A DNA stretch of 63,286 nt, counting the filler, from Octopus bimaculoides (Eukaryota), in the NCBI RefSeq assembly GCF_001194135.2. It is 5 parts of 4 records of this genome, joined end to end, with 100 filler letters (N's around TTAATTAATTAA, not from the genome) between each part and the next. Parts side by side here need not be neighbours in the genome. Positions count along the whole stretch, not along the records: positions 1 to 27,642 come from NC_068982.1; 4 more parts are not named here. One strand, written 5' to 3'. Positions 1 to 12,275 of the stretch are shown here, piece after piece; positions within the stretch are counted from its first letter, which is position 1; the number at the start of each line of letters is the position of its first letter. Both the position numbers and the translations under genes were made by a program. The notes below the pieces were generated by a model, which searched no databases, was not told where the DNA came from, and worked only from the letters and a program-made list of their open reading frames with translations.

Positions 1-19
1 ATATATATATATATATATA

Positions 20-290
20 GGTTATGAGCGATAGTGGTGTCAATTAGACCCAGAAGTTTCAAGTAATGCTGAGTAAGTGCTATGGATAGACCATAGTTAA
101 GCTACAGGTTCGGTGATTATGCGAATAAGGTGTCCAACGTAGGTCATATACCAGCGTGTGAATATAAGGATTTACTTTTCGTAACGTGATAAAAAACCAA
201 GGTTGTGTATATTTTAGAACGTTTATAAATAGAAGGTCTTACAGCTGTTTCCAGGAGATTTATTATATTCCTTCATCGATGGATCTACAA
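20..290. mobile_element. Dispersed repeat abutting (TA)n, ending in a degenerate HHR-like segment (PLE pLTR-like)
   Basis: 60-230 aligns with 14938-15105 (gctacaggttcggtgattatgcgaataagg.gtccaacgtaggtcatat). Confidence 0.55.
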
Positions 291-918
291 ATGCAATATC
301 CCTGCATATCTCACATCTATTCTCATTCCTCCAATTCACTCTTTATTTCCTATCTTAACTAAATTAACTATTGCTTAACCATCCTCTCACACAGTCTCCG
401 ATGCAGGAATATAATAAATATCCTGGAAACAGGATATATCTATATATATATATATNNNNNNNNNNNNNNNNNNNNNNNNNNNNNNNNNNNNNNNNNNNNN
501 NNNNNNNNNNNNNNNNNNNNNNNNNNNNNNNNNNNNNNNNNNNNNNNNNNNNNNNNNNNNNNNNNNNNNNNNNNNNNNNNNNNNNNNNNNNNNNNNNNNN
601 NNNNNNNNNNNNNNNNNNNNNNNNNNNNNNNNNNNNNNNNNNNNNNNNNNNNNNNNNNNNNNNNNNNNNNNNNNNNNNNNNNNNNNNNNNNNNNNNNNNN
701 NNNNNNNNNNNNNNNNNNNNNNNNNNNNNNNNNNNNNNNNNNNNNNNNNNNNNNNNNNNNNNNNNNNNNNNNNNNNNNNNNNNNNNNNNNNNNNNNNNNN
801 NNNNNNNNNNNNNNNNNNNNNNNNNNNNNNNNNNNNNNNNNNNNNNNNNNNNNNNNNNNNNNNNNNNNNNNNNNNNNNNNNATATATAGAAATATATGTA
901 TATAGATATATATGTATG

Positions 919-962
<44 letters not shown>

Positions 963-1880
963 CATGTATATGTTTTGTATTGGTAAGAGAGGTATGAAGT
1001 TGAATGTATGAGCTGAAGACTTTTCGAAAGCTTTCTCACAAATGCGTCTGTGTTACAGCAGCAACCAACGGCCTTCAAAATAATTCTTTCAGTTTAAACG
1101 ATATAACATAATTATAGCACATTGAATGAAACGACGGTCATATAACGTATGCGTTCTTCATGAGAGCCACTCAACGTGGCGACTTTCACACGAAGATAAA
1201 GTAATATTTGTCACAGAAGCATTTCAATAAAATAGCGAGAAAATGCAAATCCATTGGGACTTTATCGATTTTTACTAGACATAAGAGTTCCACAACGAAG
1301 ACTTGCAAAACTTCTGCATAATGTTATACAAACACAATTCCGCAAAAATCCCCAAGGCAATATAAACTATAAGAAAAAATAAATAAATAAAAGAACGGTA
1401 ATAGAAGGAAGAGAAGAGGAAGGAGTCTAAATCTATTGAGGATGATATCTATAATGGTATTTATAATTATTTAGCAATTCGAGGAGAATGTACGGAAAAG
1501 AAGGCCACGTCTCTGAACACTTATTGTAATTTACAATAAACTCCATTTATTATACGATTATAAATGAGTATGAATGAATTAACTATCAACATCAATAATA
1601 TTTCATGCTGTTATCATATATCATTTTAGTTTTATTTCGATATGATACTATTGTTTTTGTTGTTGTTAAATGTCCATTATATTGTGTTATGAGTGCAAAT
1701 AAGAAAAAATTGCTATCATTTTTACCTAAAAACACACGCACGCACACTCAAGCGCGTGCGCACACACACATAAACAGATACACACATATATATCTAAACA
1801 TTGATAGATAACCAATGATTATGAAAAGCATAAACCATTTCTTGGTGAGAGATGTGATCACCAAAGTTCAAGTAATATGA

Positions 1881-1926
<46 letters not shown>

Positions 1927-2390
1927 TGATAATAATAATAATATGACAACAAAAGAAGGAATGAGACCGCGATATTATGTAAATAGAGGAATTTATCTGT
2001 AAATATATAATATAGGACAATAAGTTAGTTGTCATAATAATAATCAGNNNNNNNNNNNNNNNNNNNNNNNNNNNNNNNNNNNNNNNNNNNNNNNNNNNNN
2101 NNNNNNNNNNNNNNNNNNNNNNNNNNNNNNNNNNNNNNNNNNNNNNNNNNNNNNNNNNNNNNNNNNNNNNNNNNNNNNNNNNNNNNNNNNNNNNNNNNNN
2201 NNNNNNNNNNNNNNNNNNNNNNNNNNNNNNNNNNNNNNNNNNNNNNNNNNNNNNNNNNNNNNNNNNNNNNNNNNNNNNNNNNNNNNNNNNNNNNNNNNNN
2301 NNNNNNNNNNNNNNNNNNNNNNNNNNNNNNNNNNNNNNNNNNNNNNNNNNNNNNNNNNNNNNNNNNNNNNNNNNNNNNNNNAGGGAAGGG

Positions 2391-2714
2391 AGCACTCCGT
2401 CGGTTATGACGACGAGGATCCCAGCTGATACGATCAACGGAACGGCCTGCTCATGAAATTAACGTGCAAATGACTGAGCAATCCACAGACACGTGTACCC
2501 CTAACGTAGTTCTCTGGGAGACTCAGCGTGACACATGGCGTGTCAAGGCCGGCCCTTTGAAATACAGGTACTACTCATTTTTTGCCAGCTGAGTGGACTG
2601 AAGCAACGTGAAATAAAGTGTCTTGCTCAAGGACACAACGCGTCACCGGGAATCGAATTCACGAACTTACGATCGTGAGCTGAATGCCCTAACCACTAAG
2701 CCGCGCGCCTTCAC
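2391..2714 (-). mobile_element. tRNA-derived SINE, family A (variant 1), full length
   Basis: Minus-strand head with A box (ggcttagtgg) and B box (ttcgattccc). The tail gcctgctc.tgaaattaacgtg...acacgtgtaccc is shared by five copies. Confidence 0.85.
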
Positions 2715-2826
2715 TGATATATATATATATTATACATATATACATACATACATATATACATACATACATATATACATATTTATGCATATATCTATCTATC
2801 TATATATATATCATATATACGTACAT

Positions 2827-2863
<37 letters not shown>

Positions 2864-3260
2864 TATACGCAAACATTTATTTGACTCAGATATATATTCT
2901 TACGTACAAGCTTACCTTTACAGAATCACACGTGTATGTACGCATCACGCGCTATGAAACCCATACATATTAAAGATCTGTCAGAGGCTACAGCAAAATC
3001 TGGCTTTCGCTTGCCATTATAACCCTTTTTCTGATGATACTGAGTGTTTTCGCTGTACTCGAACAAATGATTTAAGAGGAAAATCTCGTAGAAACTACAA
3101 TCCTTACTACTTAACCTTTCTTGAATCGGCTGACCTGGAGACAATGAGAGAGTAATCTCTAACGTAGTCGCTCAACCGGTTTGCAACCGGCCCCCAATTC
3201 ACAGCTCATCTTTTAAAAAAGGAGGAGGAGGAGGAGGCGCATATTGAATAATGTAGACTT

Positions 3261-3660
3261 AGGCGTAGGAGTGGCTGTGTGGCTTGCTAACGAACCACAT
3301 GGTTCCGGGTTCAGTCCCACTGCGTGGCACCTTGAGCAAGTGTCTTCTACTATAGCCTCAGGCCAACCAAAGCCTTGTGAGTGGATTTGGTAGACGGAAA
3401 CTGAAAGAAGCCTGTCGTATATATGTATATGTATATATATATATGTGTGTTTGCCCCCCCCCCCCAACTTCGCTTGACAACCGATGCTGGTGTGTTTACG
3501 TCCCCATAACATAGCGTTTCTGCAAAAGAGACCGATAGAATAAGTACTAGGTTTACAAAGAATAAGTCCTGGGGTCGATTTGCTCGACTAGAGGCGGTGC
3601 TCCAGCATAGCCACAGTCAAATGACTGAAACAGGTAAAGGAGTAAACGAGTAAACGAGTA
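3261..3660 (+). mobile_element. tRNA-derived SINE family C with internal (TA)/(TG) microsatellite
   Basis: ggcgtaggagtggctgtgtgg...ggttcagtccc...gaagcctgtcg-(TA/TG)n-...gaccgatagaataagtac...aaatgactgaaac, short-repeat tail. Confidence 0.85.
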
Positions 3661-4343
3661 TGCCTGAAGGATATGGGATGTGAGGATCACGATTACTACA
3701 TCTTTGAACACAGGGTCTGTTCGATGACACCTGACTTAGGGTAAACATCAAGAATCGATATTTCTTGCATGTTCAAGAAAAAGGAACGCCACAAAACATA
3801 AGCCTGAGTTAAAGGGAAGTTTATAACCGTAGGTCATAGGCACATGTCTTTTAGGTATATAAGGCGGTCTTTAGTATCAATACACCTCATGTAAAATTTA
3901 AACTAAAAATGAAGGTAATAAAAACTGATTTGCTATTAAATGCGGGTTTCATGAAAAACTCAATGTCTCCTTCAGCAACAAAAGTAGGTAAGATACAATT
4001 ACAACAAGGATGGGAAAATTAAACTAAAGGAAGGGCTAGCAACTGCATCAGCATCGAGAAATGTTGGTCGTTATATTGTCAGCTTCCTCTCTGGAGGACA
4101 CAGGTCACACATACATTCCTATCATCGATTATGTACTAAGGTAAAAAACACGCAAGTTTTTGAACTAGCAATTCAGTAGTTCGCCGGCGTGATAGAAATA
4201 GCCACCAAAACTCCCTCGGAGCAAATCCTACAGGCTTCATAAAAGGTCTACATTGGAAAATGTAGCCGCAGATATTCTGTATCTGGTTGTGGCTGGAATG
4301 TTTTTGGTCACAGGCCTGTTGGGACAGGGATGAACCAGAAATC

Positions 4344-4344
<1 letters not shown>

Positions 4345-4390
<46 letters not shown>
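4345..4390 (+). repeat. (AAC)n microsatellite
   Basis: Direct reading. Confidence 0.95.
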
Positions 4391-4599
4391 GGGACAACAA
4401 TACAAACAAACAAACAAAATCCACGCCAGCGAAACGATTGTTTTGTGCCAAGTATTTGAAGGAGAGACTGGTCCTTAATCAAAACCCAAATGTTTTCTTC
4501 CAACTTCACAGAAACATTGCTATCAACTCTTAAGATGTCTTGAAGATAACAACGCGAATTTGCCAAGGGCCCCGATTCCGAACCAGTTCATGTCAAAGT

Positions 4600-4800
4600 A
4601 TCTAATTTTGCTGTATAGCTGCAGGTCATCTCTGGTCAAGCAGATCAAAAAACCAAAAGCCTTCTAGCCGTGACCACTTCCACTTTAAAAAAAAGTTATT
4701 AAAGGTTACATTATTATATAAAGTGTGCTTTAATTTTTGAAGATTGAAGGGCGTTTTTTAGTCAGACATGCCTGTTATTTCTAGCAGGTCAAGTTGCCGC
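4600..4800 (-). mobile_element. Dispersed repeat family D (other pieces at ~3700-3760, 4285-4390 ending in (CAA)n, 20795-20900 and 21100-21135)
   Basis: Shared motifs gtca.gg.tggaa.g..tt.g.tca.ag..ctg.t.ga and ctag.a..a.cagg. Confidence 0.45.
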
Positions 4801-5485
4801 ATTGACGCTAGCTCGTTGGCTCATTCAACAGAAGTCTGAAGAGTTATATAAAAGAAATTAGTCAGCATCTTGAGTCAGCTATTTCGTTCGTCCTTTCTCC
4901 ATGCCTTTTTCAACCACTAGAGGTTTGTATTTGCGACACTTATGGAGGCGATTCTCCGAAATAATGGTTTATATAATTAATTAATACAATCACTAAAGTA
5001 ATACAATTAATTTGCAAACAATTGCAAGGTTACTTACTTAATAATAACTAATATATTTCAATTAGACTAATTGCTTGATCGACACATAGTACAGTGAACC
5101 TTCACTTGATCCTCTCCAGTGATTATCTGGGAAGAAGAAATTGGATGCCATAATTATGGTCGTCGAAGGAGAATTTAGAATTGATGCTGTAACAGTGTGA
5201 AACTAAAAGAGATATGTAGGAAACTGGTCGGTTGACTGTAAAACTAAAGTGATATTAATTGCTAGTAGAGACATCGTATTTCATTATGCAACCATGGTAC
5301 ACAACCAAGTGTATTAAAGGCTTATAAGTCAGCACAGTGTCCTACTTGTGTTAGCAGTGCCCTTCAGTAATGTTTTAAATTATTTCTACAGACTTTCTAT
5401 AAAAACTAGAGCCGACACTGAAAGTTATGAAGTTTCCTGTACGAATACGTCTATGTAAACAATGGGATCGAAGATAGAAAAATCG

Positions 5486-5866
5486 TGGCACTCCGTCGGT
5501 TACGACGACGTGGCTTCCAGTTAATCCGATCAACAGAACAACCTGCTCGTGAAATTAACGTGTAAGTGGCTGAGTACTCCACAGACACGTGTACCCTTAA
5601 TGTAGTTCTCGGCGAGATTCAGCGTGACACAGAGTGTAACAAGGCTGGCCCTTTGAAATACAGGTACAACAGAAACAAGAAGAAAGAGTGAGGGAAAGTT
5701 GTGGTGAAAGAGTACAGCAGGATTCGCCACCACCCCCTGCCGGAGCTCGTGAAGCTTTAGGTGTTTTCGCTCAATAACCACTCACAATGCCCGGTCTGGG
5801 AATCGAAACCGCGATCCTACCACTGCATGTCCGCTGCCGTAACCACTGGGCCATTGCACCACCACA
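5486..5866 (-). mobile_element. SINE family A (variant 2, different central module)
   Basis: Shares the tail with 2391-2714; closely matches 11048-11435 over its full length. Confidence 0.85.
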
Positions 5867-6077
5867 GTTAGAAAAATAGGCAATGGGTGTATATGAACAT
5901 TTCAGGAGTGTTTTGCTCTTTCTTTAGCGCTACATCGAGCTCATTTACCATTTCCGAACACATTGCTTAAATATTCACCAACTGGATACACCAAACATGT
6001 CAAACATATACCTGGCAACTGGTACATATATAGTAATTGCTGGTAGGGACACCATATTGTGTTGTGAAACCATAATC

Positions 6078-6770
6078 TTTTCTACTCTAGGCACAAGGCC
6101 CGAAAGTTTTGGGGAGGGGGGGGCAGTCGATTTATCGACCCCACTACGCAACTGGTACTTAATTTATCGACTCCGAAAGGATGAAAGGCAAAGTCGACCC
6201 CGGCGGAATTTGAACTAAGAACGTAGCGACGGGCGAAATACCGGTAAGCATTTCGTCCGGCGTGCTAACGATTTTGCTAGCTCACCGCTTTACCACAATA
6301 ATAATCTTTTTTACTCTAAGCACAAGGCCCAACATTTTTGGGGAGTGGGGGCCAGTCGATTAGATCGACCCAGTCTGTAACGATTAGATCGACCCCACTA
6401 CGCAACGGGTACTTAATATATCGACCACGAAAGGATGAAAGGCAAAGTCGACCTCGGCAGAATTTGAACTCAGAACATACAGACAGACGAAATACCGCTA
6501 AGCATTTCGCCCAGCGTGCTAACGTTTCTTATTTCTTTATTTCTTTATTGCCCACAAGGGGATAAATATAGAGGGGACAAACAAGGACAGACAAAGGGAT
6601 TAAGACGATTACATCAACCACAATGCATAACTGGTACTTATTTTATCGACCCCGAAAGGATGAAAGGCAAAGTCGACCTCGACAGAATTTAAACTCAAAA
6701 CATACAGACAGACGAAATAACGCTAAGCATTTCGCCCGGCGTGCTAACGTTTCTGCCAGCTCACCGCCTT
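6078..6770 (-). mobile_element. Three head-to-tail SINE family B copies (6078-6291, 6306-6530, 6531-6770)
   Basis: Each has gaaaggatgaaaggcaaagtcgacc...gaattt.aact...aagcatttcg.cc.gcgtgctaacg. Confidence 0.85.
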
Positions 6771-7043
6771 GTTACTAAAATATTACATGATGTCTGGTTG
6801 CTTATTACAAAATGCAACAGCGTTACGCCGTTACGACCATCATTTCTTTCAGAAGCTGAGGCCAAGAAGATTTTGAAGCCTTAATGGGATCTGGAATGCT
6901 ATTGTTCCTAAAGTAAGCACTGAGGATTAATGAAATGCGAAAAGCTATTAATACTAAGGAATAATAATAATAATTCATCAGTGACACACACAAACACAAG
7001 CGCTCGCGTAGACACAGGTACGAGCGCGCACAAATATGAAATA

Positions 7044-7083
<40 letters not shown>

Positions 7084-7088
7084 TATAT

Positions 7089-7164
7089 ATGTCATACGGA
7101 AATTGCAACTACTTATTACGTATATATATATAGGTAATTTGTAGTTGCAATTTCCGTATGACAT
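7089..7164. repeat. Perfect 24-bp inverted repeat around a (TA)n core
   Basis: atgtcatacggaaattgcaactac (7089-7112) / gtagttgcaatttccgtatgacat (7141-7164). Confidence 0.9.
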
Positions 7165-7784
7165 TCTTAATGTATTTAAACATACAATTTTAATTTATCG
7201 TATAATTTCTCTTCTGTTTGTATTCCTGAATATATCTGTAGCACATTAATNNNNNNNNNNNNNNNNNNNNNNNNNNNNNNNNNNNNNNNNNNNNNNNNNN
7301 NNNNNNNNNNNNNNNNNNNNNNNNNNNNNNNNNNNNNNNNNNNNNNNNNNNNNNNNNNNNNNNNNNNNNNNNNNNNNNNNNNNNNNNNNNNNNNNNNNNN
7401 NNNNNNNNNNNNNNNNNNNNNNNNNNNNNNNNNNNNNNNNNNNNNNNNNNNNNNNNNNNNNNNNNNNNNNNNNNNNNNNNNNNNNNNNNNNNNNNNNNNN
7501 NNNNNNNNNNNNNNNNNNNNNNNNNNNNNNNNNNNNNNNNNNNNNNNNNNNNNNNNNNNNNNNNNNNNNNNNNNNNNNNNNNNNNNNNNNNNNNNNNNNN
7601 NNNNNNNNNNNNNNNNNNNNNNNNNNNNNNNNNNNNNNNNNNNNNNNNNNNNNNNNNNNNNNNNNNNNNNNNNNNNNNNNNNNNNNNNNNNNNNTATACA
7701 TATGTATATATATCTGTAAATACATTCATACACACACACACACACACACACGCACACACACATATATCTATATACATATAAATA

Positions 7785-7809
7785 TGATAATGATAATGAT
7801 GATGATGAT

Positions 7810-7862
<53 letters not shown>

Positions 7863-7880
7863 TAATAATAATAATAATAA
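7785..7880 (+). repeat. (GAT)n/(AAT)n microsatellite
   Basis: Direct reading. Confidence 0.95.
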
Positions 7881-8320
7881 CAGGTTATGAATACGTTTCT
7901 GTACACATGAAACACTGAAATAGACATTAATTCAACTAGAAAGAAAGGCTTTCGATTTCAAGATCCAGAAAGTTCAACCGCAGTTCACCATTTTGGATTT
8001 TATTTCAGCACAGTTTTAGCTACCATTTCTTTCCAATTCTTCTATATTGGTTTATATATCAGACAGAAATTGTAACAGTCTTCTTGCGCATGGATTCAGA
8101 TTTTTCTCCAGCGGCCATCATGCATCTCTTTGACGTGACCTCTTACATAACTTGTCTTCGTCATGTTAGTTTGCACAAGAAGTTCAGATAACCTCCATTA
8201 TTCTGAAAGAACCGAATATATATATTTTGCCTACATGAACATACTGGAAAAAGGTGTATGCATACCTCACAAGTAGGTAAACACACACACGCAAACGCAC
8301 GCACAAACACGCACACGCAC

Positions 8321-8373
<53 letters not shown>

Positions 8374-9526
8374 NNNNNNNNNNNNNNNNNNNNNNNNNNN
8401 NNNNNNNNNNNNNNNNNNNNNNNNNNNNNNNNNNNNNNNNNNNNNNNNNNNNNNNNNNNNNNNNNNNNNNNNNNNNNNNNNNNNNNNNNNNNNNNNNNNN
8501 NNNNNNNNNNNNNNNNNNNNNNNNNNNNNNNNNNNNNNNNNNNNNNNNNNNNNNNNNNNNNNNNNNNNNNNNNNNNNNNNNNNNNNNNNNNNNNNNNNNN
8601 NNNNNNNNNNNNNNNNNNNNNNNNNNNNNNNNNNNNNNNNNNNNNNNNNNNNNNNNNNNNNNNNNNNNNNNNNNNNNNNNNNNNNNNNNNNNNNNNNNNN
8701 NNNNNNNNNNNNNNNNNNNNNNNNNNNNNNNNNNNNNNNNNNNNNNNNNNNNNNNNNNNNNNNNNNNNNNNNNNNNNNNNNNNNNNNNNNNNNNNNNNNN
8801 NNNNNNNNNNNNNNNNNNNNNNNNNNNNNNNNNNNNNNNNNNNNNNNNNNNNNNNNNNNNNNNNNNNNNNNNNNNNNNNNNNNNNNNNNNNNNNATTATA
8901 TATATATATATATATTATATATATATATTATATATATATATATATATATGTAAACACAGGTCTTTGTATTTATATATACATAGCGACAAATAATTGTATT
9001 TACAAAGTTTCTCACAAGCATATCGTACATCGTACATCATACATACATACATACATATATATATACACAGATATATATTACATTACATTATATATACATA
9101 TAATTTTACTCACATGTGCACACAAATATTCGGCTTAAGAAATGCATAACTATATTCGTACACATATATACCTACGTCCCAAACAGAAATATATGCGTGG
9201 TTAACCACACACACACACATACCTCTCTCACACATATATGTAAGTGTATATACAAATGTAAAACATTATATATATATATATTTATACAAAAATATGCATG
9301 TGTATGTACATACAGATTAAAAGCTTTCTTCCTTTATGTATGTATGTGTGTGTGAATATGTTTGTGTGTGTCTATGTATGTATTGATATAGGCCAACTCC
9401 CAATAGACATTGGAAATGCATTAAAGCATTTCCTCTAATGTTATTTTATCATCCTCTAAAACCTCTTATATAATAGACAACTGGAGACAAGACAAAACAT
9501 ACAATGTAACATCGTTGAACAATGGA

Positions 9527-9566
9527 TAGCCTGAAGATAAGGTCAGATGGTCTTGAAACGTTGATA
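9527..9566 (+). ncRNA. Hammerhead-like motif, third family, one stem I mismatch
   Basis: UAGC-CUGAAGA-U-AAGGUC/GGUCUU (6 bp, 2 wobbles)-GAAAC-GUU-GAUA. Confidence 0.55.
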
Positions 9567-9901
9567 GTATGGGTTAGAGGAAACTAATATGGAAACTCTC
9601 ATTGAGGCAAACCATCAGAAAATATGAGAACATATATAACGGAACGAATAAGTTATTGTCAAAGAAAAGCTGCTACCAGCTGTGCAAATGCGTATAGACA
9701 CACTACCGTGCACCCAAATGTACACAGCAAGATACATATACATATATACATATAGATACACTCACATGTACTTGACACACTACCATGCATCCAAATGTGC
9801 ACAGTGAGATACATATACATATATACATATAAATACGTACACATGTATTTGTTTGCAAAGATGCATGAGTGTGTGTATGTATGCATATGTATATATATAT
9901 A

Positions 9902-10400
9902 TACATGGTGTTTCAAAAGTCGCCATACATAGGAATAATTTATCTTTTTATAAGAAACAGTTTGTAAGAACAGTTTCTTTTTTTTATTTAACATCTGGTA
10001 ATGCGTGTGCAAATGAGTTGGTGATGCGTTCCTTCAAATGATTTATGTCTTTTATCTTTCTTATTTCTCTATTGCCCACAACGGGCTAAACATAGAGGGG
10101 ACAAACAAGGACAGACAAAGGGATTAAGTCGATTACATCGACCCCAGTGCGTAATTGGTATTAATTTATCGAACCCGAAAGGATGAAAGGCAAAGTCGAT
10201 CTCGACGGAATTTGAACTCAGAACGTAATGGCAGACGAAATACTGCTAAGCATTTCGCCCGGCATGCTAACGTTTCTGCCAGCTCGCCGCCTTAAAATGT
10301 CTTATCTTTCTGCGATACACCATGCCTTTCAAATGCCTCCAAAGATAGAAATTAAGAGGGGTCAGATCAGGGAATCAAGGGGATCTTATAAACCGTTTCT
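9902..10400 (-). mobile_element. Tc1/mariner-type transposase 3' remnant split by a SINE insertion
   Basis: Removing the SINE gives PDLTPLNFYLWRHLKGMVYRRKIR-DINHLKERITNSFAHALPDVK. TIR-like end TACATGGTGTTTCAAAAGTC at 9902. Confidence 0.7.
10062..10293 (-). mobile_element. SINE family B, full length, with TSD
   Basis: Flanked by atgtct(tt)tatctttct (10045-10061) and atgtcttatctttct (10297-10311). Confidence 0.88.
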
Positions 10401-11047
10401 TATAAAAAAAAAAAATTTCCTATGTATGGAGACTTCTGAATCACCCTGTAAATGTGTGTGTGTGTGTGTGGAGAGAGAGAAAGAGAGAGAGAGAGGAAAT
10501 ACAGAAAATATCAGTTTGAACTTAGAGCGTAAAAACTTGAAAGAAATATGGCAAAGCATTTTATTCGATGCTCTACCGATTCGGCCAACTAATAGCATTC
10601 AATATTTGTTTCTGATTTAAGCACAGGGCCAGCAACTTTAAGGAAAAAGGTTAAGTTGATACTATCAACAACAGTGGATCTTTGTAGTTATTGTCACTGC
10701 ATGTCGAAATCTTAAAAAAATGTTCGATGTATCATATAGATGTAATTTTTGACACTGAATTTGTTATTCATTTATTCCAGAAAAACTTTGGGAAAATGCT
10801 ACAGGTGTTCAAAGTTTGATAATTTTCAGAATCTTTAGCCAATCAGAAACAGCGCGTTCGCTGCCTCTTCCATCATCTGTCACAGTAGCGAGGAAGAGGT
10901 GGTGGGGAGCACCGGCATGTCAAAATATTAAACTAGCTATAGTAAACAGTGGATTGGCTAAAATACCCAAATTTTGCAAATTTTAAAAGCCAATAACATT
11001 TTAATTATGAATTTATAGGAAAACTGAATTTCATTTTCAGAATTAGT

Positions 11048-11435
11048 TGTTGTTGTTGGCACTCCGTCGCTTACGATGTCAAGGGTTCCAGTTGATCCGA
11101 TCAACGGAACAGCCTGCTCGTGAAATTAACATGCAAGTGGCTGAGCACTCCACAGACACGTGTACCCTTAACATAGTTCTCGGGGATATTCAGCGTGACA
11201 CAGTGTGACAAGGCTGACCCTTTGAATTACAGGAACAACAGAAACAGGAAGTAAGAGTGAGAGTAAGTTGTAGTGAAAGAGTACAGCAGGGTTCGCCACC
11301 ATCCCCTGCCGGTGCCTCGTGGAACTTTAGGTGTTTTGGCTCAATAAACACTCACAACGCCCGGTCTGGGAATCGAAACCGCGATCCTGTGACTGCGAGT
11401 CCGCTGCACTAACCACTAGGCCATTGCGCCTCCAC
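11048..11435 (-). mobile_element. SINE family A variant 2 with (TTG)n tail
   Basis: Full-length match to 5486-5866. Possible TSD aattagt at 11041-11047 and 11441-11447. Confidence 0.85.
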
Positions 11436-12180
11436 TTCATAATTAGTATACAAAACTTAATCCATATACCAAATTTGAAAACAATTGGAACAAAATTGTA
11501 GACAGTTACAATAGCCACAAAGATCTACAACAGTACTTGATTGGTACTTCATCTTATTGACACCATTAGGATGAAACACAGAGTTAATACCGACAGGGTT
11601 TGAACTCAGAATGTAAAATTCCACAACAAATACCGTGAATCATATTTCAATGCTCCAATAGTTCTACCAATCCACCTCTAAACCCATAAGTCAGCCATTT
11701 CCCCTCGGCTCTAATTTACGAATCTTTTTCGCAATTCTATTTTTAAAACAGTAATATTCCTTTCTACTCCTATCGTTGTTTATCATGCATTGATAATAAA
11801 GTATTGTTCTTGAAATCTTCTGACATCTTAGTAACTGTTTTTATTTCGTTAACCGTTAAATATATATATTTGCTAAAAGGATATAGCGATTATCTAAACC
11901 CTTAGATTGTATTTTTTTCCTAGCAAAAGTTTATCTTTTTTTATTTCTCTTACAGGATTTTGGCAAGAAGATTCACTAAAAAAAAGGAAAATACAAAAAT
12001 AAAAAAACCCAAAACAAACAAAACAAACAAGCAAACAGAATCTAGATTCCTAAAAATACGATGTTTTGAAAGTGTAATAAATCTATCTACACGATGAGTA
12101 CAGCGGGTGGTGATGCGGTGTGTTCTGATTGTCCCGTAATTTTCCAACTTTATATACTTCCATACTTATATGCATTGCAT

Positions 12181-12275
12181 ACATACATACATACATACAT
12201 ACATACAAACATACATACATACATACATACATACATACATACATACAAACATACATACATACATACATGCATACA
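12181..12275 (+). repeat. (ATAC)n microsatellite
   Basis: Direct reading. Confidence 0.95.

Noticed and set aside
1009-1037. CUGAAGA...GAAAG hammerhead-like hit
   Set aside because: No stem II can form.
3976-3987. 12-nt microexon candidate (tctccttcag|...|gtaaga)
   Set aside because: Short pyrimidine tract and no other support; such pairs occur by chance.
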